Assembly: GCA_964016885.1 (NCBI GenBank)
Contig: OZ024742.1
Location: forward strand, 284,518,001-284,582,000
Direction: 5' to 3'
Origin: Eledone cirrhosa
Taxonomy: Eukaryota
DNA: 64,000 nucleotides
Position numbers and translations under genes: made by a program. This document shows, one piece after another, positions 39,584 to 53,214 of this stretch; the stretch's first letter is position 1; every line of letters starts with the position of its first letter. The notes under the pieces were generated by a model that did not search any database, was not told the DNA's origin, and saw only the letters and a program-made list of their open reading frames with translations.

Positions 39584-39890
39584 TACGAGCGTCGGCTGAA
39601 AAGTTCATAGGCTTACCAAATGAGGTTTATTTTTCAACATAGTCCCCTTGCGATCCACACACTTCTTCCATTGGTGCTTCGATCCCATTGGTGAAGAAGC
39701 TTTCATGCTGTTGGATAAATTTCATTCGGGGATCGTCTGAAAAGTTCATAGGGTAACCAAGATACTCTCATGGGATGTGACCAAATGAGGTTTATTTTTC
39801 AACATAGTCCCCTCGCGGTACACACATTTCTTCTATTGGTGAAGAAGCTTTCATCCTGTTGGACAAAAAAGTCATCAACAGATGACGTCA
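39584..39890 (-). mobile_element. Two tandem mariner terminal fragments
   Basis: TA|CGAG..GGCTGAAAAGTTCATAGG TIR-like end. The minus strand encodes KCVDRKGDYVEK*, a mariner transposase C-terminus. Confidence 0.7.
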
Positions 39891-40770
39891 TCATCGCTGC
39901 GATATAACTGTCAAAGCGGGAAACAGCTAAACTAAGAATGAAGATATTTCCCCACAACACTAACAACACGTTTCTCATTGATAGCTTAGATCTATTTATT
40001 AAATAAAGAAGGAACTACAAACAATTTTACTGTAATCGTAATATCTATATGCTCTGCTAATATGTACATATACATTATGCTATGCTAATATGAACAAATA
40101 CGTCTTTTGAATAAATTTTCGAATTTATGTATTAAGTACGCTAAAATATTGTGTCTACTTTAGGCACAAGGCCAGCAATTTGAAGGGGGGGGGGTCGATT
40201 AAATAGACCTGAGTGCATTACTTGTGCTTTATTTTATCGACCCCGTAAGGGTGAAAGGCAAAGCTAACTTCGACGGGATTTGAACTCAAGTACACCAAAA
40301 TATTATTAGTTGTTTTAAAATACACTGTGATTAAAAACAAGATGTGGGATAGTTGTCACGAGGATAGTTGTTGGTTGTTGTTTTTTTAATTGAAGGAGAA
40401 TTAAACAAATACTTGTAAACAAGTCAAATATGTTAAAATGTCTGTGCTTAAAACTGACACTTATCCAAGGTACCACGCTATGTGATAGAACCTAGAACCG
40501 AAGCGAACTCTTTCACCACACAGCAATACCTGTGCCTGTATGTATGTACACACACACACACACTCTCTCTCTCTCTCACACACACACTCACACAATCACA
40601 CACACATATATATAATAATACAAGAACGATTTATTATGTCTTCATTACGTTTATTGACTGGTGACGCGCATTTCGCTATTGATCAGCTCAAGGTTCGATC
40701 TTTATTGATCTGGCCCGACTCTGGAATCAAAATCTTGTCGGACCTCTGCTGTGGTAATGACAGGATGAAC

Positions 40771-40857
<87 letters not shown>

Positions 40858-40859
<2 letters not shown>

Positions 40860-41139
40860 AAGACATGACTGCTAACCGTAATAGATGGATTACTGTCTGC
40901 CACGAAGGTATAAAGAACTTTGAGAAATCTCGTTTAGCCCACTTCCGTGACATAACATCTAACACCATTCCAGCCTGCTCTGTTCGAGATCCTGTACCTC
41001 CACCGAATGCGGATTGATGTGTAAATCAGCTGCTGGGCTGAAGTGCCATTTAAGACATAAACATAAAACAATGACCTGAAAAGACTGTTGAACCCTCATA
41101 AGTCGAATCGACAGGAGATTCCATCATCATCATCATCAT
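40858..41139 (+). mobile_element. Old RTE 3' fragment with C2H2 finger and (CAT)n tail
   Basis: EDMTANRNRWITVCHEGIKNFE...ECGLMCKSAAGLKCHLRHKH, followed by (CAT)n. Confidence 0.75.
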
Positions 41140-41350
41140 ATATATGTATGTATTTACATATATATGCATGTATATGTAAATATATATATGCGTCTGTGTG
41201 AGTATATATATATATATATGTGTGTGTGTGTATGTGTGTGTATGTGTGTGTGTGTAAAGAAAGAGAGAGAGAGAGAGAGAAAGCTTATTTAAATTTGGTG
41301 CCGATGTTCTAGACAAAACACAGGTCATATTACTAACACAAACGCTGTGG

Positions 41351-41421
<71 letters not shown>

Positions 41422-41859
41422 TCTCACCCTCTCTCTACATTGAGTAACATTTCTTCTGAATGGCACCACCTAGAATATTCTAGTAATCTCGGAGATCTGT
41501 TTTACTTAAAATCACTTTTCCCAAGCGTGGTAGCTTGTAGTGATGGTGGTGATGGTAACTAGTGGTGGTGGTCGTGGTGATTGTCCTGTGGTGGTTGTGG
41601 TGGTGTTGCTGGGGGTTGTGGTGGAGATGGAGGCTGTCCTGTGGTGGTGGTCATGGTGGTTGTCCTGTGGTGGTTGTGGTGGCAATTGTACTTGTAGTTT
41701 AGTTGTGCTGTTGCTACCGCTACTGCTGCTGCTACTGTTGCTGCTGATGTTGGTGGTGGAGGTGGTAGTGGTAGAGGTGGCGATGGTAGCCGTATGGTGG
41801 GTGTATGTAAAATAATATTAGTCATTAACTAGTATTTTTTGTTTGTTTTTCTCGCTGCA

Positions 41860-43200
41860 TACGAGTTTTGTCTCAAAAGTAAGGGTAGTGGTTTTCCTAT
41901 GTACGACTTGGTAACGCAGCACCTCGTTGTTGTATATAGTCATGTTGGTTATGGCCTTGGCTGCACGTACATACTTGTTTCAACATGATCGATTGAGTCA
42001 GTCGGGAGTTATTGCTATTTATGTACAGAGGTGTTTATAACCTCAGTTGCGTTTTTGATGCAGGAAAATATCGAACAACAGAACTCAATCAAATTTTGTG
42101 TGAAACTCAACAAATCTGCCACGGACGCATTCAATTCTTTAACCAAGGCTTATGGAAATGTCCCTCTATCGAGAAGAAAGATTTTTAAGTGGCACAAAGC
42201 TTTCAAAGAGGTTCGAGAAAATGTTGAAGCTTGTTTGTGGAAGACCAATCTAGTCAACAAATGAACAAAATTTGGAAGTGGTGCAAGCGGTGGTGGAAAA
42301 AGATCGCCGATTACGTCTTAGGATAATTTCAGAAGAAACGGGCTTGAATAAAAATGCAGTTTACTGAATTTTAACAGATCATATGCACATACTAAAAGTT
42401 TGTACCAAATTTGTAAAAAAATTGTACAAACACTTGTCTATGGAGCAAAAAGCGAACCGGTTGGAAATTCGTCAGGATTTGCTAGAAAGAGTCGAAATTT
42501 AACCGCACCTTCTACAAAGATGTCTTGAAACTACTTCAAAAACTGGTACAGCGTGTTCGAAAGGGCATTGCAGGAGATTGGGTACTACACCACGATAATA
42601 CACTAGCTCACACAACACTTTCAATTAGAAAAATATTCCCACTCTTTCACATCCTCCCTACAGCCCAGATCCAGCAGTGGAGACGGAGGTATAAGGGGTG
42701 TTGGTAGGGGAGGTGGCACTTGCTCAATCAAAATGATGACCCTTCAACTTCGGTTTTAAATTAACGAAGAGGTAGAAATCACACAGAGCTAGATCTGGGC
42801 TGTAGGGAGGATGTGGAAGAGTGGGAATGTTTTGTTGTTTTTACCAGAAATTCTCTAATTGAAAGTGTTGTGTGAGCAGGCGAGTTATCGTGGTGCAGTA
42901 TCCAATCTGCTGCAATGTCCTTTCGGACTCGCTGGACCTGTTTTTGAAGTCGTTCCATGACATCTTTGTAGAAGGTGTAATTAACTGCCTGTCCTGGAGG
43001 TAAAAATTCTTTGTGAACAATACCATGGCTGTTGAAATAAATTATAATCATCGTTTTCACCTTGGATCTACACATATTTTTTTTTCCAACTCGGAGTGTT
43101 CATGTGTCACTCCTCACTGCCGTTTTGTCTCTGGATCATACTCGAACATCCATGATTCATTTCCTTTTATTACTTTATACAAGTCTTTCTAGCAAATCCT
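41860..43200. mobile_element. Rearranged mariner transposon relic
   Basis: TA|CGAG end. The + strand encodes IKFCVKLNKSAT...IFKWHKAFK and WVLHHDN..AHT. The - strand (42779-43200) encodes KVKTMIIIYF..HGIVHKEFLPPGQ..WILHHDNSPAHT. Confidence 0.9.
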
Positions 43201-43607
43201 TCTAAATTTGCTGACTGCAGTCAAGAGTATCAGGGGTAGACACCCACAGAATTTAAATTAATATAAATTCACTTAGAAAAGCCAAAAAATATAATGCGGC
43301 GAGAAATAAGGCAAATCTTTGGCAGTCGCCTGATGTATAATAAGAAAACAAACGTCGGAAAATTATTCATGAATTCGGGAATATCGTTTTTCTTATTGCG
43401 TGGGGGACATTTATAGAGAAATAACAAGAAGAAAATCAACTTCGTGTCACAAGATTTCTTATATCAATACAGTTAGTAGTAGAAGTTTTGGTTTTCTTTT
43501 TTTAAATAGAGGTTTGATTGTGTTTGTGTGTATCGTGCGTGTGTATCAGTGTAGATTTGTTTCAATGTGTCAGTGTGAGAGCGTTTGTTTCTGCATACGA
43601 ATATGAC

Positions 43608-43714
<107 letters not shown>

Positions 43715-44250
43715 CATGTGTATATTTTTGTTTATATATATATGGTGTATGTTTATATATATATATATGTGTGTGTGTACGTGTGTGTGTGTGTTGATGT
43801 GCTAGTGTGTGTATTTGGAAGGAAGTGGGGGGGGGGAGGAAATATTTGCTTTAAATATCTCTTTGAGACTGTCAGATTGAAAAAGATATATGGCACCTTG
43901 TTTTTTGGTGACGTCGGTAATGATGGCAGTGGCGGCGGCGGTGGTGGTGGTTTTGGGGGTGATGCAGGTGATGGCGGCGGTGGTGGTAGTGGTGGGGGTG
44001 CTGCTGCTAGTGATAGCGCTAGAGGTGATTGTTGTCGTGCTGGAAGTGGGGATGGTGGTGCTTTTGGTGCTGGGGCTTGTGATGTTGGTGGCGTTGAAAG
44101 GTATTGGTGTTGTTGCTGCTGCTGCTGTTGTTGTTGTTAGTGGTGGTAGTGGATCGTGGTGGTGGCGGTGGTGTGGTGGTGGTGTTTGTAGTTATAACAG
44201 TGATGACACTTTTCTGTTAACAAAATAACTAATAACTAACATTAAACTAG

Positions 44251-45333
<1,083 letters not shown>

Positions 45334-45863
45334 GTAATATCACTTCATACAACAAGTGAGTACAACTACTTGTTTCCTCGAACATGGCAAAACTTCTTTC
45401 GATTCACTGAGACATACTTCACTTACTCACTTGCCATTATTCAACCAACAAGCTACTCACTAATCAACATCGCACTCCATCACTACTACTACAAATGAAG
45501 AAATTCACAAGGCAACCCCACCACCAAGCTAACATTTATCCCCGCTATATATTTATGTGTGTGTGTGCATGTGTATATGTGTGTGTATGTGTGTGTGTGT
45601 ATACTCTACTTTCCATAGGTATTGAGTACTAAGTTGAATAATGGCCTTACCGGTCTTAACTAGTAACATCTCATCCACACATACACCTATATGTATATAT
45701 AAATTTATTTCAGATGGAAATGACTTCAGTATGACTAGAACTGTTTCCTTCGGTTGAAATCACCAGGAAAGTAGCCGTCCTGATGACTTCAACAGAATGA
45801 AACAGTGCTAGTCCTGTGGTGGCCATATTCTTATTAATATACAATTTAAATTTCATTATATAC

Positions 45864-45915
45864 TTCCGTCACATGGAGAAGCTTATAAGCTCAAACCGGT
45901 ACGAGAAATACGGAA
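45864..45915 (+). ncRNA. Degenerate hammerhead-like relic
   Basis: TTCCGT..catggaga-AGCTT-at-AAGCT-caaa-CCGG-TA...ACGGAA. Stems and the palindromic stem III remain but both core boxes are damaged. Confidence 0.3.
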
Positions 45916-46031
45916 ATTCCTATTTTATGAATAAATGTTTTGCTATTATTCTGAAAGGAGATTCCTTTAGCATTTTCTATTGTTTTTCTTTTTTGCTATT
46001 ATATATATCAACTCGTGTGTCACTTCTCTAC

Positions 46032-46097
<66 letters not shown>

Positions 46098-46244
46098 TAT
46101 ATATATAAACAATGAGTCATATGGTTTGTTGATTATTCAACAAAGTTAATTTTGCAACAGATTAGAAGCACTCAACAGTTTATCTGGAGTATTATTAATA
46201 TCAATAATATTAATAAATGGAAAATATCTTTATAAAACCATATT

Positions 46245-46305
46245 TATTTTAATATACGTATTTCAAGGGTACTAATATTTAAGTACGCTTTCGTCAGATA
46301 AAATA
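46245..46305 (-). ncRNA. Minimal type I hammerhead ribozyme (family B)
   Basis: Minus strand TATTTTAT-CTGACGA-AAG-C-GTAC...GTAC-C-CTT-GAAA-TACGTA-TA-TTAAAATA. Confidence 0.7.
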
Positions 46306-47534
46306 TAATAATTGGTGTTAAGATAGTGACATATCTTCACGTGAACTTAATGGTATAAGTCCAGTGAAGATAGTGAATAGAAAGGTTCAACACTCAAGGG
46401 AAATATGCTAATGAGGATAACATTAAAACTGAAAAAAGCTGTTAAGTTTAGACGCTAGATAAATTTTAAATACTTCTTTAGATTTTTTTAAGGGTTTGCT
46501 ATTATAAGTTGAAAAATTATTGTAGAGTTATTTTAGAATTATTTATAGAAGTATACATATATACACCCAAAGATATATACATGGGTTTAGAAAGAATGAC
46601 ATAATTATACATAATTATACATAATTATACTTATTTATTTATTTAATTTTTTAATATATATTATATTTATTTATTTATTTAATTTTTTTATACATATTTT
46701 AAGGATATGGATGTATTTATAATATTTAGAGGAGAATTATAATGTATATTTTTAATTGTTTTTAAATGTTTTTAAATTTATGCATAGAAATATTTCTTAT
46801 ACAATGTAAAAAACTATTACCAAAACCATATTTACTATATGGTGTTCTGAAATCGTATATGAATTTTTTACTTATATTATAATATAAATTATAATTAATT
46901 ATTAGGTTAAACATTAGATGAAACAATATATTATCAAATATCTATCGGAAACATTCCTTAAATTACTAAATATTTAGAGTTATCTTCCCTAAAAATTTTC
47001 TTTGCTTCCAATTCATATATACGATACATTTCAACTTGCATAAATGTTTAAATATTATATTACTAACCATATACTAACCATATACAATAATAGATTATAT
47101 ATAATACTATACATTTTTACTTTATGAATTAATAGTTTATAATTTAATATAATACATTATAATTCTCATTTAAATATTATAAATACTTCCATATTCTTAA
47201 AATATATATTAAAAAATAAAATAAATAAATAAGTATAATTATGTCATTCTTTCTAAACCCATGTATATATCTTTGGGTGTATATATGTATATTTCTATAA
47301 ATAATTCTAAAATAACTCTACAATAATTTTTCAACTTATAATAGCAAACCCTTAAAAAAATCTAAAGAAGTATTTAAAATTTATCTAGCGTCTAAACTTA
47401 ACAGCTCTTTTCAGTTTTAATGTTATCCTCATTAGCATATTTCCCTTGAGTGTTGAACCTTTCTATTCACCATATTCACTGGACTTATACCATTAAGTTC
47501 ACGTGAAGATATGTCACTATCTTAACACCAATTA

Positions 47535-47595
47535 TATTTTATCTGACGAAAGCGTACTTAAATATTAGTACCCTTGAAATACGTATAATAAAATA
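47535..47595 (+). ncRNA. Minimal type I hammerhead ribozyme (family B)
   Basis: TATTTTAT-CTGACGA-AAG-C-GTAC...GTAC-C-CTT-GAAA-TACGTA-TA-ATAAAATA. Confidence 0.8.
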
Positions 47596-47701
47596 CGTAT
47601 AATAAAATAAATATGGTTTTATAAAGATATCTTCCATTTATTAATATTATTGATATATATATATATATATAATTCAAATTAAAAGATATATATTATATAT
47701 A

Positions 47702-47974
47702 TGTAGCAAAATCTGTCCACGCTTTGAACCTTGGGTGACACCTAAAGGTCAAACTCTAGGTCACCGCCCTTTTGGTGTGAACAGGTTCATGCGTAGGCTA
47801 TGCCCTCAATATGGGAGACAGAAAGCGACAGGTATATAAAGCCTATATTTTCCCACCTTAGCTACAGAGAGATGAGAGCATTACGCTAGCAACAAGCTAT
47901 GTAAAGATCACCGCTATCTACAGGCCACAGTGGTCTATAGTCAACTACAGTCCATTACTCTCTCTCTCTCTCTC

Positions 47975-48042
<68 letters not shown>

Positions 48043-48216
48043 GGTCGCAGACTACACCAGCCTCATGAACCAACAACAAAATAACATTGTCAACCTTCGC
48101 AACTCATGGTAATATGTTTATTGTTCCTTTTGACACAAGTGAAGTAAACCTTTATATATAGAGTAAATCGGCCATTCTTGTTATTTCATCTAATAACCAT
48201 GTTAATCCAGCTAACA
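47702..48216 (+). mobile_element. Solo-LTR-like sequence
   Basis: TGTAGC...GCTAACA termini, TATATAAA near 47833, internal (TC)n, AGTAAA near 48161. Confidence 0.45.
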
Positions 48217-48238
48217 ATTTACTACTAATACTCTTCGT

Positions 48239-48577
<339 letters not shown>

Positions 48578-48823
48578 CTATATGATATACATACCAACAC
48601 CAACATATATATTCTAGAAACGATCGTAAAATGATGAATTTTTTAATATAAGGAACTGTTTTCTTTGTTTATTCATTATTTTTATTAATTTATCTTGACT
48701 CTGTTTTCCTGTATTTTTCATTGAAAAAAATTTTTGAATACATCTTCTCTTTTCATGATATTCGGATTACATTGAGTTCTTCATACGGATTGGACACTAC
48801 CGTACATTTTGGTAGATTTATCT

Positions 48824-48900
<77 letters not shown>

Positions 48901-49494
48901 TCCATATATCACAAGAGAATACACAATATATTGCATATATACAAAGCGCAAATTTCAAAGAAAAAATTTGTACTATAGATGGAAATATATATATATATAT
49001 ATAGTATTGCGAGGTTTTTTTATATGAAATCGTGTGTCGAAACAAATATTGTTATACTTGGGGAGGGTCATATTTGTGTAATATTGCCAGAATTAATGAC
49101 AGAACACACTCACTGTTTGGTTGGTTTTCGCTTCTCGCTGTCTTTTATATCCGTAATCTAACTTACTCGGTCCTCAATGTTGCCATTGACTGACCGACGG
49201 TCAAAAATAATACAGATACAATATAGACACAAACACATATATATAGTTTATCATAAATCATTCGTTGCACATCTGCAACATCGTCAGTGGTGTTATATTT
49301 CCTCCTGTTGTGTTGTATGTCTACGCCATTTTTATTCAGTCTGTCTATATATTTATTTATTTATTTATTTGTTTGTTTATTTTATTTTGTCTTCTTTGCG
49401 CATGCGTATAGTGTTTTGTTTGCTGTGTTTTGTTTGTTGTTATTGTGCTTGTGTATGTATTTATTTATTTATTTATTTTATTTTATTTACTTAT

Positions 49495-50100
49495 TTATAC
49501 TTCTCTTAGGTCAGTGTTGTTTGTTTGGGTGTTGTTGTTATTCCATTCATTCTTTCTGTTTAGCCTTGGTCTTCTAATTTCTATTTCACTGGCCTCTCTG
49601 ATTTGCCTATCTGCTGGATCATTTCTATGTTTAGATATTATTCTAATTTCTATGTTGTCTATGTTACCGTCATGTTGTTGTCTAGCATGTTTGTATAGTA
49701 CTGACCCGTTTTTTCGTCCTTTTAGTTCCCCCCAGTGTTGGTCTATCCTTTCACCTATGCTACGAGCTGTCTCACCTATGTATGTTGTTGTCATGTTTCT
49801 GCAAGTACCCTCTGTACATCTTATGCTATAGACTACGTTTCTAGTTTTACAGTTTATCCGGGGGTTCACCTTACATATGATACATTTCCTATTGGTACAG
49901 TGGGTTTTCTTAAAAGGGTAGGTTTTGCTGATCAGGGATTTTATGGTGGTTCCTGGCTTTTCTACCACCTTTATTTTTAAGTGGGTCTTTCTCAGGGCCT
50001 TTCTACACTGGTTAGCTAATTTCCCTCCAGGGGTGGCGTCCACAAACATGACACTCTGGTATCTCTGGTTGTCGTACCATGAGGTGGCTTTCCCTATCTT
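49495..50100 (-). pseudogene. PLE C-terminal thumb/linker + GIY-YIG endonuclease, 5'-truncated but with open frame
   Basis: C..RKCIIC...CKTRNVVYSIRC...C...YIGETARSIGERIDQH...HARQQH...RQIREASEI...LN carries the GIY-YIG R, E and N residues plus the PLE CCHH motif. Confidence 0.9.
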
Positions 50101-50130
50101 ATGTCTAACACAACAGGAGGAAAATATAAC

Positions 50131-50172
50131 ACCACTGACGATGTTGCAGATGTGCAACGAAAGATTTATGAT
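50131..50172 (+). ncRNA. Hammerhead motif (family A); antisense twin ~49250-49291 with GAAT mutation
   Basis: ACCA-CTGACGA-T-GTTGCA-gatg-TGCAAC-GAAA-GATT-TA-TGAT. Stem I is weak. Confidence 0.55.
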
Positions 50173-52253
50173 AAACTATATATATGTGTTTGTTTCTATA
50201 TTGTATCTGTATTATTTTTGACCGTCGGTCAGTCAATGGCAACATTGAGGACCGAGTAAGTTAGATTACCGATATAAAAGACAGCGAGAAGCGAAAACCA
50301 ACCAAACAGTGAGTGTGTTCTGTTATTAATTCTGGCAATATTACACAAATATGACCCTCCCCAAGTATAACAATATTTGTTTCGACACACGATTTCATAT
50401 AAAAAACCTCGCAAAACTAATTCATCGCCGCTATGGCATTAGCTTGTGTCAAACTGAAAGGTTATTGAAAGACACTGTTTTCTGTTATATAAATTACAAT
50501 AACAACAGAACAAATCCGCTTCTTAAAACACTGTGTTTCCTCCAAAACATACACAACAAACATATCAAAACAAGTAAATAATTTATTATTGAACAAAACA
50601 CAAGCCGAACGACTAAAACACACAATAACAGTTAATATGAAAAGAACAACATACACAAAAGTCAACGCACTCTACAGACAGAAACGCATTAACGGTAAGG
50701 AAATCCGAAATCTCATCACAGCAAACGAGAGAGATAACTTCATGAGCGTCATCCGACGTGAAACGAAATACGCTCGAAACGAGAAGTATAAATAAGTAAA
50801 TAAAATAAAATAAATAAATAAATAAATACATACACAAGCACAATAACAACAAGCACATAAATACACTAGTCACCCATCACACAGCAAACAAAACACTATA
50901 CACACGCGCAAACGCATGCGCAAAGAAGACAAAATAAAATAAACAAACAAGCAAATAAATAAATAAATATATAGACAGACTGAATAAAAATGGCGTAGAC
51001 ATACAACACAACAGGAGGAAATCCTACTCGTCAGAAAATGTTTAGAAGGTTGACTGTCACCTTTTTATTTTCGAAGTGTACCCTATCAGCATTTGTCTTC
51101 CTGGGGTTACCCACAAGGTAGTAAAGCATAGCAGATAAGAGCATTATCTATGTCCCTCTAGACAGATGTTCAGAAAAGAACTGTAGTAAGCAATAGTGCT
51201 ACTATATCACGGCGGAGTAATTTGGTCGTGCTTGGTCAGTCGCCAACCCTTTGGGTTGGTGGTGTAGGAATACTAAGAACGACTTCCACCCAGCAATCGA
51301 TTTCGCGCCTAATTATCAATTCTCCGGCAGTTACGTTCGGGATTTTCTACCGGGCAGTACCGTGTAACGTGCTACCTGATTTTCTTGATCTTGCCTTCTA
51401 AAGCCGAGGGTAATCTCGATATATAACTCTGCGGAGAATTACATTTATCGTTCAACTTGATTATGCGATATGTTTGTAGCTCTTCACTCGCCTTGTACTT
51501 GTATTAATATGAAGAAGAAAATAAATCTTTATTATATTTTGAAATATGCCTTCTAATCTTTTCCGCTTCCATGGAATATGAACATCATTCTGAGTTCAAA
51601 TCCCGCCGAGGTTAACTTTGCCTTTCATCCTTATGGGGTCGATAAAATAAAGTACCAGTAATGTACTGGTTAATTGCTGGCCTTGTGCCTAAAGTAGAAA
51701 CAATTATTACATCTCCATTTTCCTGAAGTAGTAATCGCTACTAACATGTTAGTCCAGCATCGAATTGCTACCTTTATCAATTGTACCGTTGTGAATCTCT
51801 CTTGAACGCCTTTCTGCTACCATTACAACAAAAGTACTTATTACTAAAGAACTAAGAGTCCCCCATTCTCAAAGGTGGTCTTACAGCATGCTCAGTCACC
51901 ATCTCGAGTATCTCTATGCTCCCTCACTTCTCACGAACTATAGCTAGATAGTCGTGCTGTCAGGCCACTACTTGTATCGTGTAATCCTGTACATTATATA
52001 TTTTTATTTTTGTTATATACGTCAGTCTGAGGTGATTAACCCAGCATTCCCACCAAACTAGCCCGGGTATGAAAGTTACGAGAAACCCATCAGAACAAAA
52101 CAATACTATTCAGAAGGACGGATGAACGGATTATAGGGCATTGTATATATATATATATATATAAATATATAAATAAAAAATGGCGAGCTGTGTTGTTGCA
52201 AAATAGTATAATGAAAAATGAAAAATGAAAAATTAGAAATAGTATATATATAT

Positions 52254-52388
<135 letters not shown>

Positions 52389-52964
52389 CATATATATATA
52401 TATATATATACACATAACATACATACATGCACAAACACACACACACACAAACACACGTGCACCCCCACTCACATAATATATATACATATGCATATATATA
52501 TATGTGTGTATTTGTATATATATGTGTGTATGCGTGTGTGTTTTGTGGGGTGACATTCCTACTTAGCGATAACAATTCCTTAGCTACACTACATGTCAGT
52601 AAACGTGCAGATTATGTTACTTGTGATGCTAAATGTAACAGTAAAAAACATTGTTTTTTTACTGACAGCTAATAGTCAACATTAAATGGATGACACGTCA
52701 GCTAATGGATGAAAACACGCAGACAAAGGCACTCACCCACACATGTAACACATGAATATACATACAGATAATAAAACACACATACATAGATACATACATA
52801 GATACATACATACATACATGAATACATACATGAATACATACATACATACATACATACATACATACATACATAACATACATATCTATATATGTATAGGTCA
52901 CAAAACGCCAGCATGTGAAGATGTAGCAGAATAATAATAATATTCGTCTTCAAAGTATGTATGT

Positions 52965-53032
<68 letters not shown>

Positions 53033-53043
53033 ATATATATATG

Positions 53044-53122
<79 letters not shown>

Positions 53123-53214
53123 GTGGGTGCGTGTGCGCGCGTGTGTGTGTGTGTGTGTGTGTGTGTCTAAAAATACACGCTATGTTTACGAATAAACATT
53201 TGGGAGCCTTTTAG

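Larger units (their letters stand above)
46110..47657. mobile_element. Large PLE-type inverted-repeat element (family B) in (TA)n
   Basis: Arms ~46197-46747 and ~47152-47657. The left extension is homologous (reverse) to 10570-10600. HHR in each arm and (TA)n on both sides. Confidence 0.85.
49007..51022. mobile_element. Penelope-like retroelement remnant (family A), two divergently oriented partial copies
   Basis: Inverted pLTRs 49007-49314 and 50107-50414. The minus copy has the GIY-YIG domain and 3'UTR. The plus copy has the ORF N-terminus (50351-50780) fused to a 3'UTR (50781-51022, reverse complement of 49297-49505). Confidence 0.85.

Noticed and set aside
51023-51040. Minus-strand CTGACGAGTAGG at the PLE junction as another ribozyme
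   Set aside because: It is truncated by the junction, and no GAAA box or stems remain.
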